Positions 33,432 to 41,868 of a DNA stretch of 49,949 nucleotides are shown here, in pieces. Source of the stretch: a virus; IMG/VR virus record IMGVR_UViG_3300044556_000087, positions 1 to 49,949 of that record; one strand, 5' to 3'. The notes under the pieces are model-generated. The model saw nothing but the letters and a program-made list of their open reading frames with translations. It had not been told where the DNA came from and did not search any database. The position numbers and the translations under genes are program-made. Within the stretch, counting starts at the first letter, position 1; every line of letters starts with the position of its first letter.

Positions 33432-33436
33432 GTAAC
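33420..33436. promoter_or_regulatory. Operator-like inverted repeat GTTAC-N7-GTAAC (copy 2)
   Basis: aaGTTACgtattaaGTAACaa, with the same flanks as copy 1. Spans the stop of the first HTH gene, upstream of the second. Confidence 0.45.
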
Positions 33437-33455
33437 AAAGGAGGGGCTGATTTAC

Positions 33456-33662
33456 ATGACAAAGCGGGTTGGCTATGCCAAACTCAAAGGCTTTTTAGTT
33501 GAGCACGGTATCCAACAGCAGGAGATAGCGGATGCGCTAGGTATAGACCGTTCTACATTCAATTCTAAATTGAACCGGAACAACGCGGATTTCACGTTAT
33601 CCGAAGTGCGTTATCTCTGCAGAACATACCATCTAGATTTCAATACATTTTTTATGGTTTAA
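33456..33662 (+). CDS. Second small HTH regulator (similar layout to 33222..33431)
   Basis: 68 aa. IQQQEIADALGIDRSTFNSKLNRN HTH. RBS aaaggagggg. Confidence 0.7.
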   Translation: MTKRVGYAKLKGFLVEHGIQQQEIADALGIDRSTFNSKLNRNNADFTLSEVRYLCRTYHLDFNTFFMV

Positions 33663-33702
33663 AGAAACAAAAATAAAAAAAAAAAGAAAGGCGCTGGAAA
33701 AT

Positions 33703-34494
33703 TTGAACGACGTTTTAACCATTAACAATGTGCGTGGTTATCTCAACAAAGAAACTGGTGTAGCCTACCTGAACGCAGAAGACGTTGCTCGTGGATTTGG
33801 GTTTACCACAAGGCAAAATATTAACGGTGTTGAGTATGATAACGTTCGTTGGAACACGGTAAATAAGTATTTATCTGAATTTGGATTTTTTGCAACGAGT
33901 TGCAAAAAGGTCGGAAAAGACGATTTCCTCCCTGAAAACATGGTCTATCGGTTAGGCTTTAAAGCCAGCAATGAAACCGCTCAGCGGTTCCAGGCAAAGC
34001 TAGCTGATGAAGTACTCCCTGCAATCAGGAAGACCGGCGGATACATTTCCGGATCCGAAACAATGACCGACTCGGAAATCATGGCCAAAGCTTTACTGGT
34101 CGCTCAGAAAACCATCGAAAACCGCGAACAGCGGATTCAGCATCTCGAAGCTGAAACAGCCCGGATGCAGCCGAAGGAAATCTTCGCAGACGCGGTTTGT
34201 GCCAGTAAGACAAGCATCCTCATCGGGGACCTGGCGAAAATCCTTAAACAGAACGGTTTCCAGACTGGTCAGAAACGTCTGTTCCAGCAGTTACGGGATG
34301 AAGGATACCTTATCAAAGCAGGAAGCTCGCGAAACATGCCGACACAGAAAGCCATGGAACTAGGTTTGTTCGAAGTTAAAGAAACAAATATCAACAATCC
34401 TGATGGCTCAATCCGAACGACAAAGACGACCAAGGTAACTGGTAAAGGGCAGGTTTACTTCATCAAGAAATACCTTGGTGGCAAGGAAAAATAA
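33703..34494 (+). CDS. Antirepressor, Bro-N plus KilA-C (ANT) domains
   Basis: ENMVYRLGFKASNETAQRFQAKLADEVLPAIRKTGGYI (Bro-N pattern) and IGDLAKILKQNGFQTGQKRLFQQLRDEGYLIK...PTQKAMELGLFEVKE (KilAC pattern). Non-ATG start (TTG 33703), so the start is uncertain. Confidence 0.8.
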   Translation: MNDVLTINNVRGYLNKETGVAYLNAEDVARGFGFTTRQNINGVEYDNVRWNTVNKYLSEFGFFATSCKKVGKDDFLPENMVYRLGFKASNETAQRFQAKLADEVLPAIRKTGGYISGSETMTDSEIMAKALLVAQKTIENREQRIQHLEAETARMQPKEIFADAVCASKTSILIGDLAKILKQNGFQTGQKRLFQQLRDEGYLIKAGSSRNMPTQKAMELGLFEVKETNINNPDGSIRTTKTTKVTGKGQVYFIKKYLGGKEK

Positions 34495-34514
34495 AGAAAA
34501 GGGGGCTGATTTAC

Positions 34515-34886
34515 ATGACAAAAAACGAAATCAAGGAATTCAGGTTGATGGCTCGCCATATTGCCATCAAAATCAGGGGGCATCGTGACATTAAAGAAGA
34601 CCAGGCATACATCGAAGACTACCTCATGCACCATGGCGCAAAAGGCATCATGGATGCCTTTTGCGCATGGCGAATCGAAGCAGCCCGGCAACAGAAGGCT
34701 CTGGAGTTCGAATATGAAGCAGCGCATCATTTGGCAATAGCTGCATTCTTCGCTAATGGCTGCGACCACACGGCAAGCGCCGTACAAGCTGCTATCCGTA
34801 AAGCAGAAGCTGCCGGTAAGCTCATTGGTAAAGACCGGGACGATGTGGAACGTGATATCGCAGAAGAATGTGAAGCTCGTGAATAA
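34515..34886 (+). CDS. Hypothetical early protein
   Basis: RBS aaaagggggctgatttac. 123 aa with no recognised domain. Confidence 0.6.
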   Translation: MTKNEIKEFRLMARHIAIKIRGHRDIKEDQAYIEDYLMHHGAKGIMDAFCAWRIEAARQQKALEFEYEAAHHLAIAAFFANGCDHTASAVQAAIRKAEAAGKLIGKDRDDVERDIAEECEARE

Positions 34887-34902
34887 AGGGAGGACCGATC
34901 AC

Positions 34903-35160
34903 ATGACACCAGAAGAACTGAGAAAAGCGAAGATAATCCTGCAGCGACGATGGAAACACGCGATTGAACTACAGGAACTTGCGAAAGGAAGCCCTAAAGC
35001 AAAAACACAAGCCAAATACGCATTGGGAGTCGCTCTAGGCTATATGTACGCAATTGATGACATGATTTCGTTAAGTGATGGCATAGAAAAAGCCTATAAA
35101 ACGGTTACTGCCTGGAGAGCCGAAGTCGAAAAGCAGGAAGGGATTGAATTAAAGGATTGA
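34903..35160 (+). CDS. Hypothetical early protein, paralogue 1 of a tandem pair
   Basis: ATG 34903 follows agggaggaccgatcac. Begins MTPEELRKAK. The upstream part of track ORF 34756..35160 overlaps the previous gene. Confidence 0.6.
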   Translation: MTPEELRKAKIILQRRWKHAIELQELAKGSPKAKTQAKYALGVALGYMYAIDDMISLSDGIEKAYKTVTAWRAEVEKQEGIELKD

Positions 35161-35176
35161 AGGGAGGGCCGACCAC

Positions 35177-35428
35177 ATGACACCAGAAGAACTCAAAAAA
35201 GCTAAGTCGGGGCTCAAGATACGGCTCTGGAACGCGCAATGCCTCCGGGAAGCGGCTGAGGATATCACGGACCTCCGGGACGACAAAGAGCTCTGGAATG
35301 ACGCACGAGATGCCGCGAAAATTGCACAGGGCTACAAAGGCGCGCTCCTGGATATCCTTACCGTCACCGTAGGCCCGGAAAAGGCATTTAAACTAGTCAA
35401 ATCTTGGGAACAGGAGGTGGAACGATGA
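35177..35428 (+). CDS. Hypothetical early protein, paralogue 2 of a tandem pair
   Basis: ATG follows agggagggccgaccac. Begins MTPEELKKAK. Same length class and the same ...KAYKTVTAWRAEVEK / ...KAFKLVKSWEQEVER ending as paralogue 1. Confidence 0.65.
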   Translation: MTPEELKKAKSGLKIRLWNAQCLREAAEDITDLRDDKELWNDARDAAKIAQGYKGALLDILTVTVGPEKAFKLVKSWEQEVER

Positions 35429-35661
35429 CGAAGGATACTATCCCGATGGATGACGCGGACCGGCTCATGAGCCTCGACGAGGTCCGCATCAGACTCCGGA
35501 CCTCACCCGCCATTGTGGCGCAGATCGTCAAACAGGGGCTGCTGAAGACCCTGCGATTTGGCAATAACAAACGAGTCAGGAAGACGACGTTTAACGCATT
35601 CCTGGCCAAGTATGACGGTCAAGATTTATTTGAGATTCTCAAGGAGGTGAAAAACGAATGA
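35425..35661 (+). CDS. Excisionase-family (HTH_17/MerR-like) DNA-binding protein
   Basis: MSLDEVRIRLRTSPAIVAQIVKQGLLKTLRFGNNKRVRKTTFNAFLAKY fits the excisionase-type HTH pattern. ATG 35425 follows aggaggtggaac. Confidence 0.55.
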   Translation: MTKDTIPMDDADRLMSLDEVRIRLRTSPAIVAQIVKQGLLKTLRFGNNKRVRKTTFNAFLAKYDGQDLFEILKEVKNE

Positions 35662-35891
35662 AGCAGCACGAACTGCAGACACCGGCTGACTGGATTAACA
35701 GCCACCACCATCCGGAACAGCAGAGAGCTGAACCGGACCCTGAGATTGACCAGGACATCTGGGAGGATATCATATCCCTCCAAAACCAGGCCGACACGGC
35801 CATCAGCATCGCCATGTTTCTGGGAGGTATCCTGATCATGGTCCTGTTAGTCGCCTACATCATGTGGGTCAACGGTCTGATTATCCACTAA
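35658..35891 (+). CDS. Small membrane protein
   Basis: 77 aa with C-terminal TM AISIAMFLGGILIMVLLVAYIMWV. Start overlaps the previous stop (ATGA). Confidence 0.5.
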   Translation: MKQHELQTPADWINSHHHPEQQRAEPDPEIDQDIWEDIISLQNQADTAISIAMFLGGILIMVLLVAYIMWVNGLIIH

Positions 35892-35986
35892 AAGAAAAGG
35901 CGGCACCCGGGGAAACGGGTACCGCCTGAAGCCGAGGAGCTTCTGAACACACCCAAATTATAGCACAAGAAAAGGAGCTGTAGCAA

Positions 35987-36469
35987 ATGAAAATCATCAT
36001 CGAGCTGAACACGAAGGATATCGCAAGCGCAAGACAGACGGAAATCACGACGATTACGGACGTCATGCAGGCGATGGCGCTGGACCGCCTGCAGATGCAG
36101 GACACGATTCCGGCGGATAAAGTCGTCACGTTGCCGGAAACCCCACAGCCGGAACCAGAACAAACGATGGCGCCAGCACCGGAAAAGCCGGTCACGCATA
36201 AACGGACTAAGAAGGCGGCTACGAAGGAAGAACCGGAAGGCGAGCCTGATGCGGAACAGCCTCAGCTAGAACCCGCTGCACCAGAAAAGCCGGCAGAACC
36301 GTCCACCGAAATCAATCGCAAAGTCGTCCAGGATAAACTGAAGGAAATCGCCAAGGCGGGCAAAGCCAAAGGCATCAAGGCCATCCTGAAGGCTCACGGA
36401 GTAGAAAAATTCAGCGCGTTGCCGGACTCGGACCTCGCGGACGTCTTAAAGGAGGCGGAAGCGCTATGA
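35987..36469 (+). CDS. Hypothetical protein with a Pro/Glu-rich linker
   Basis: RBS aaaaggagctgtagca. 160 aa. Stop overlaps the next start. Confidence 0.6.
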   Translation: MKIIIELNTKDIASARQTEITTITDVMQAMALDRLQMQDTIPADKVVTLPETPQPEPEQTMAPAPEKPVTHKRTKKAATKEEPEGEPDAEQPQLEPAAPEKPAEPSTEINRKVVQDKLKEIAKAGKAKGIKAILKAHGVEKFSALPDSDLADVLKEAEAL

Positions 36470-37644
36470 AGAAACGGGAACACGCCCTGCTGAGCTCGAG
36501 CAGTGCACACCGCTGGCTCGTCTGCACACCGTCGGCCCGGATGGAGGAAGGTTTCCCGGACACGACCAGTGAGAGCGCCAAGGAAGGCACGTTTGCCCAC
36601 AAATTGGCAGAACTGGAGCTCAGCCGGTACATCAAGGATATAGGCGAAATGAAGTACAAGGACGAGCTTGAGAAACTCAAGTCCGGCGAATCGCCCCTCG
36701 GGGATTACTACTCCCGGGACATGGAAGAATACGTCAGCCAGTATGTAGACGTGGTCATCGAGAAATTCGAGGAGGCTAAACAGCGGGACGCCGAAGCAGC
36801 ACTCCTGCTGGAACAGCATCTCGACTTCTCCGACTGGGTGCCGGACGGTTTCGGCCGGGGCGATGCCATCATCATCGCAGACGGCATCCTCGAGGTCATA
36901 GACCTCAAGTACGGACGGAATACACCGATATCAGCGGTCAATAATCCGCAGATCCGGTTATATGGCCTCGGAGCCTACAACGAGTTTGGCGCTATCTACG
37001 ATATCGATACGGTCTGCATGACCATCGTGCAGCCCCGGAACGGCGGGGAAAGCTCAGAATCTCTCCGAGTCGGCGACCTGATCATCTGGGCCGACTCCAT
37101 CAAGCCGATAGCGCAGCAGGCATTTAAAGGCGAGGGCGAACCGAAGCCAGGGCCGCACTGCCAGTTCTGCCGGGCCGCGGTCCGCTGCAAGGCGCTGGCT
37201 GAATATCAACTGGAAATGGCCAAGTACGATTTTAAAGACGTTAACGAGCTAACGGATGACGAAATCGCCGATGTGCTGCACCGGGTCGAAGACCTGGTCA
37301 GCTGGTCCAATAAAGTCAAAGCATACGCACTCTCGGAAGCACTGGATAACAACAAGCACTGGCCCGGCTGGAAGCTGGTCGAGGGCCGGTCCGTACGGAA
37401 AATATCCGTACCGGAACAGGCTATCCTGGTCCTTACCACCCAGTATGGCCATACAGAAGACGAGATCCTGAAGCCACGGGAACTCAAGACCATCACGCAG
37501 CTGGAAAAGGCCATCGGCAAGCAGGAACTGGCCAAAGAGCTGGCAGGCCTGCTCATTAAGCCGCCGGGAAAACCGACACTGGTCCCGGAAAGCGACAAGC
37601 GGCCGGAATTCAATGCCGCGAAAAACGATTTTACTGAAATTTAA
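36466..37644 (+). CDS. DUF2800-family PD-(D/E)XK (Cas4-like) nuclease
   Basis: N-terminal HALLSSSSAHRWLVCTPSARMEE, an internal D...DLKYG motif and a C-terminal Cys cluster CQFCRAAVRC. First gene of the DUF2800/DUF2815/PolA module. Confidence 0.8.
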   Translation: MKKREHALLSSSSAHRWLVCTPSARMEEGFPDTTSESAKEGTFAHKLAELELSRYIKDIGEMKYKDELEKLKSGESPLGDYYSRDMEEYVSQYVDVVIEKFEEAKQRDAEAALLLEQHLDFSDWVPDGFGRGDAIIIADGILEVIDLKYGRNTPISAVNNPQIRLYGLGAYNEFGAIYDIDTVCMTIVQPRNGGESSESLRVGDLIIWADSIKPIAQQAFKGEGEPKPGPHCQFCRAAVRCKALAEYQLEMAKYDFKDVNELTDDEIADVLHRVEDLVSWSNKVKAYALSEALDNNKHWPGWKLVEGRSVRKISVPEQAILVLTTQYGHTEDEILKPRELKTITQLEKAIGKQELAKELAGLLIKPPGKPTLVPESDKRPEFNAAKNDFTEI

Positions 37645-37658
37645 GGAGGAAATGCCCT

Positions 37659-38219
37659 ATGAACACGAACAAAAAGACGAAAGTTGTAGTACCCTGCCGT
37701 ATCTCTTATGCGCATATCTGGGAAGGTCAGGTCGATGACTACGGTAAAACGAAATACTCCGTAGCCCTGCTCATCCCGAAAGACGACGAAAAGACCATCA
37801 CGAAAATCAACAACGCCGTCCAGGCGGCCATCGAAGAAGGCAAGAGCAAATTAGCCAATGCGAAGGGCGTCGTGCCGAAGAATATTAAACTTCCACTCCG
37901 TGATGCGGATGCAGAAGGAAACGACGACCCGAACTATGAAGGCATGATGTTCTTCAATGCCTCGAGCACGCGGAAACCGCAGATCGTAGACCGCCATGTG
38001 CAGCCTATCCTGGATACAGAGGAAGTGTACAGCGGCTGCTACTGCAACGTGTCCATTAACTTCTATGCCTTCAGCGTCGACGGGAACAAGGGCATCGCTG
38101 CCGGTCTGAACAACATCCAGAAGGTAAAAGATGGCGACCGTCTGGCAGGCGGTTCCAGCGCTGAGGATGATTTCGACTCTCTCGACAGCGACGATGATGA
38201 CGAAAGCATGTTCGATTAG
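37659..38219 (+). CDS. DUF2815-family single-stranded DNA-binding protein
   Basis: RISYAHIWE...KYSVALLIPKDD and an acidic C-terminal tail DDFDSLDSDDDDESMFD. Position between DUF2800 and PolA. Confidence 0.75.
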   Translation: MNTNKKTKVVVPCRISYAHIWEGQVDDYGKTKYSVALLIPKDDEKTITKINNAVQAAIEEGKSKLANAKGVVPKNIKLPLRDADAEGNDDPNYEGMMFFNASSTRKPQIVDRHVQPILDTEEVYSGCYCNVSINFYAFSVDGNKGIAAGLNNIQKVKDGDRLAGGSSAEDDFDSLDSDDDDESMFD

Positions 38220-38229
38220 GTGATACATC

Positions 38230-41088
38230 ATGGTTATAGGTATTGACCTAGAAACATACAGCGACATCGACCTAGCTAAGGCAGGTCTTTACAAATACGC
38301 CGAAAACAGTGAGATCCTATTATTTGCATTTGCCTATGGCGACGAGCCGGTGCAGGTCGTAGACATGGCCTGCGGCGAAGAGCTGCCAGAACAGGTGCTC
38401 CGAGACCTGACCGACCCGGACGTGCAGAAGACCGCCTTCAACGCGGCCTTCGAAATGCACGTCCTGGGCCACTGGCTCGGGCAGCGCCTGGACCCGGCAC
38501 AATGGTACTGCACCATGGTCCAATCCTACACACTGGGCTTGCCAGGGCATCTGAAAGACGTTGGTAAAGTACTGGGGCTGCCAGAGGATAAGCAGAAATT
38601 AGCCTACGGCAAACGGCTTATCCAGTATTTCTGCAAGCCCTGCCGACCAACAAAGGCAAACGGGGGCCGGACACGGAACCGGCCCGCCGATGCCCCTGAC
38701 AAATGGGAGCTGTTCAAAACGTACAACGCAAGAGACGTCGAGACAGAACGGGCCATCCGCAAAAAGGTATTCCGTTTCAACCCGACACCAACGGAGCGAA
38801 AGCTCTGGTGCCTGGACCAGAAGATAAACGATGCAGGAGTCCTGCTCGATGAAACGCTGGTTGACCAGGCTATCACACTCGATGCGCGGATCAAGAAGGA
38901 AACACTGGAAAAAGCAATAGCCCTCACGGGCATGGAGAACCCGAACAGCAACACTCAGCTTCTGGACTGGTTCGAACGGCAGGAAGGCTGGCGCCCCGAA
39001 ACACTGGACAAGAAAGCACGAGCGGAGTTGCTGATGCGGGACGACCTCATGCCGGAAACGAAGCAGATGCTCCGATATAAGCAACTTCTTAGCAAAACGT
39101 CGGTCAAGAAGTACGTAGCCATGAAAACAGCGGAATGCCGGGACGGGCGGGATCACGGAATGCTGCAGTTCTGCGGAGCCGCACGAACCGGGCGATGGTG
39201 CCTGACTGGTGACCACGAAGTTCTAACCCCCAAGGGCTGGGTTCGGATAGACCAATGGCAAGGCGGAGAAATCGCCTGCTGGAATACGTCTGGAGTAATT
39301 TCTTTCAGCCGAGCCAAAAAATTGGAATTCCCCTATGACGGCCCTATGATTACCATCAACACCAAACGCTGTGAACAAATCAGTACTCCGGATCATCGAA
39401 TGCCTTACCTTGCAAAGGATGGGCACTGGGACGTCACAGAAATAAAGAATCTCCTGCATAAACGGCCCAGTATTCCGTTCCATGGACAACGGTTTGTATC
39501 CTTCGGCAATGACGAGATATCGCTTCGGATTCTCATTATGACTCAGGCGGATGGCCATTACACGAAGGAAGCGCTACGATTCCATTTCTCGAAAATCCGT
39601 AAAATAGAGCGCTGCAAACATCTGCTCAGGCGGGGCGGGATACCATTCATCGTGGCACAAAACAGCGACAAAACGGTAACCATCACAATTCGGCAAAGAG
39701 AGATGCCGATGTACCTGCAGGTATTTCGGGATAAGGTATTTGGTACATGGATACTCGATGCACCAGCGGATATCGTCTTTGATGAGCTGCTACATTGGGA
39801 CGGGTACAAATCGTCAGAAAATACTATCCAGTATGTAACTACTATCAAGCAAAATGCGGACCTGATTCAGGCGCTGGCGGTAATGTCTGACCGCTCGGCA
39901 ACCCCACTCAAAAAACATGAGAACATAGAGAACTGGAGCACCGCTTATCTTGTAAACATCTGGAATACACCTGGTAAATCCAGCACAATACGAACCGAGA
40001 ACTTCGGCAAAATGGATTTCAAAGGAACCGTCTACTGCGCTGAAACCAAGACCGGGTTCTTCCTGGTCAGGCGAAATGGGAAAGTCTGGGTCACTGGGAA
40101 TTCTGGCAGAATCGTTCAGCTGCAAAATCTCCCCCAGAACCATTTAGAGGACTTAGACGACGCCAGAGAGTTCGTCAAAGCGGGCGACCTGGACAGCTTA
40201 GAGGTCTTCTATGACAACCCTTCGGACGTTCTGAGCCAGCTGATCCGCACGGCCTTCGTGGCAGGTAAGGGGAAACGCTTCATCGTTTCCGACTTCGCTG
40301 CCATCGAAGCCCGGGTCATCGCTTGGCTGGCGGATGAGGAATGGGAGATGAAGGCTTTCGCCGAAGGTAAAGACATCTACTGCGCCACAGCGAGTGCTAT
40401 GTTCGGTGTACCAGTCGTCAAGCATGGCATTAACGGCGATTTGAGGCAAAAAGGTAAAATTGCGACTTTGGCGTGTGGTTATGGGGGCGGAGTGAATGCC
40501 CTGAAGGCGTTCGGCGCCGATAAGATGGGACTCTCTGAGCAGCACATGCAGGATATCGTCACCAAATGGCGTCAATCCTCGCCTCACATCGTCCGGATGT
40601 GGGCCGACGTCGAACGAGCCGTCAAATCGGCTATCCGGCATAAAGGCGACCGGATAAAGTACACGCACGGTCTCGAGTTCTACACGAGGGCGGGGCTGCT
40701 CTTCATCAAGCTACCAAGCGGACGGGCCATCGCCTACGCCAAACCCGGAATCGAGCTGGAAACGAAGTTCAACAACCGTGAAGCCATCATCTACGAAGGA
40801 ACGCTGATGAACGGTGGCTGGGGCCGGTGCTTCACCTGGGGCGGCAAGCTGGTCGAAAACATCGTCCAGGCGACTGCCCGGGACTGCCTGGCCGTGGCTA
40901 TGCTGAGACTGGACGCCGCAGGCTACAAAATCGTGATGCACGTCCATGATGAGGTCATCCTCGAGATGCCGTACGGCCAGGGCTCGCTCGAAGAAGCTGC
41001 CGGCATCATGGGTGAGCCTATCCCGTGGGCCCCGGGGCTGCTGCTTAGGGCTGATGGCTATGAAACGCCGTACTACAAAAAGGACTGA
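38230..41088 (+). CDS. Family A DNA polymerase (3'-5' exonuclease plus polymerase) interrupted by an intein
   Basis: Exo I IGIDLETYS. The TGR...QNLP motif is split by the insert. Motif A VSDFAAIEARVIAWLA, KGKIATLACGYGGG, and motif C VMHVHDEVILE. Confidence 0.9.
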   Translation: MVIGIDLETYSDIDLAKAGLYKYAENSEILLFAFAYGDEPVQVVDMACGEELPEQVLRDLTDPDVQKTAFNAAFEMHVLGHWLGQRLDPAQWYCTMVQSYTLGLPGHLKDVGKVLGLPEDKQKLAYGKRLIQYFCKPCRPTKANGGRTRNRPADAPDKWELFKTYNARDVETERAIRKKVFRFNPTPTERKLWCLDQKINDAGVLLDETLVDQAITLDARIKKETLEKAIALTGMENPNSNTQLLDWFERQEGWRPETLDKKARAELLMRDDLMPETKQMLRYKQLLSKTSVKKYVAMKTAECRDGRDHGMLQFCGAARTGRWCLTGDHEVLTPKGWVRIDQWQGGEIACWNTSGVISFSRAKKLEFPYDGPMITINTKRCEQISTPDHRMPYLAKDGHWDVTEIKNLLHKRPSIPFHGQRFVSFGNDEISLRILIMTQADGHYTKEALRFHFSKIRKIERCKHLLRRGGIPFIVAQNSDKTVTITIRQREMPMYLQVFRDKVFGTWILDAPADIVFDELLHWDGYKSSENTIQYVTTIKQNADLIQALAVMSDRSATPLKKHENIENWSTAYLVNIWNTPGKSSTIRTENFGKMDFKGTVYCAETKTGFFLVRRNGKVWVTGNSGRIVQLQNLPQNHLEDLDDAREFVKAGDLDSLEVFYDNPSDVLSQLIRTAFVAGKGKRFIVSDFAAIEARVIAWLADEEWEMKAFAEGKDIYCATASAMFGVPVVKHGINGDLRQKGKIATLACGYGGGVNALKAFGADKMGLSEQHMQDIVTKWRQSSPHIVRMWADVERAVKSAIRHKGDRIKYTHGLEFYTRAGLLFIKLPSGRAIAYAKPGIELETKFNNREAIIYEGTLMNGGWGRCFTWGGKLVENIVQATARDCLAVAMLRLDAAGYKIVMHVHDEVILEMPYGQGSLEEAAGIMGEPIPWAPGLLLRADGYETPYYKKD
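39199..40101 (+). mobile_element. Intein (301 aa) with a LAGLIDADG-like homing endonuclease region, inserted in the PolA TGR/QNLP motif
   Basis: Starts CLTGDHEVLT (block A), then ISTPDHRM (block B, TxxH), ILIMTQADGH and LLHWDGY (LAGLIDADG-like), VYCAETKTGFFLVRR (block F), and ends KVWVTGN followed by Ser (+1). The exteins join to AARTGRW-SGRIVQLQNLP. Confidence 0.8.
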
Positions 41089-41092
41089 GAAT

Positions 41093-41848
41093 ATGAATGC
41101 TAAAGATACTGAAGCAATTTTAAAGATTATGGAGAGCGTGACTCTCCCTGCAAAGGAAGCCGGAAATGGCAACTTTGCCAAGAACACCCTGCAGTTTTTA
41201 AACTTTACCGGTGAATCCGTCGTAGCTACGGATACGCATATACTGGTCATCCTAAAAAAGTACCCGAGCACGCCTCATCTGGGGCATGCTGATGGGAGTC
41301 CGGCAGATACGCTCTGGAGTCAGGATGATTACCCAAAGTATAGCCAGCTGATACCTAAAAAAGACCAGGTAGACTGGCGTCATACCTGGCTGGAAGACGA
41401 TGGTCTGGAAATCCTGTACCAGCTGAAGGCCTTCCTCACGGGCATGGATAAAGCCATCAAGAAGGACAAGGTGGCCCGGAAGACGGGCCTCATCCGGCTG
41501 CACCATGAACGGGATGTACTCGACCTGTACACCGGGTGCCACGGGCTCGTGACGAAAACACGGCTCCTGGAAGGGCTGAAAGACAAGAAGGAATTCGACG
41601 GTTATTACGCCATGCGCTACGTCCTGGCAACGCTAGAAATCCTGAATCACACGAGCGCGTATCCGCCCCTTGAAATGTACGTAGCCAAAAAGCCGGAATG
41701 CATACAGCGCGAATGGTCACCGGTACTGGTGCTCGAAAACTTCGACGTCCTCATCCTGCTGAGTCCGCTGATGCGGATACCGGACTATGATGCGGTACGC
41801 CGATACTCGGACCAACAGATCCAGAAGGAACTGGATGCACTGCGCTGA
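41093..41848 (+). CDS. Two-domain DnaN (beta sliding clamp)-like protein
   Basis: LQFLNFTGESVVATDTHILVI (compare E. coli beta YLNGMLFETEGEELRTVATDGHRLAV), DDYPKYSQLIPKK (compare GRFPDYRRVLPKN), YYAMRYVLATLEIL (compare FNVSYVLDVLNAL), and ending LILLSPLMRI (compare YVVMPMRL). 251 aa. Start ATG 41093; the upstream part of track ORF 40946.. overlaps PolA. Confidence 0.65.
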   Translation: MNAKDTEAILKIMESVTLPAKEAGNGNFAKNTLQFLNFTGESVVATDTHILVILKKYPSTPHLGHADGSPADTLWSQDDYPKYSQLIPKKDQVDWRHTWLEDDGLEILYQLKAFLTGMDKAIKKDKVARKTGLIRLHHERDVLDLYTGCHGLVTKTRLLEGLKDKKEFDGYYAMRYVLATLEILNHTSAYPPLEMYVAKKPECIQREWSPVLVLENFDVLILLSPLMRIPDYDAVRRYSDQQIQKELDALR

Positions 41849-41868
41849 CAGAAAGGAGGGCGATATCC

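Noticed and set aside
40946-41092. N-terminal extension of track ORF 40946..41848, overlapping the PolA 3' end
   Set aside because: It is an alternative-frame read-through of the polymerase gene. ATG 41093, just after the PolA stop, gives a protein that starts where DnaN-like similarity begins.
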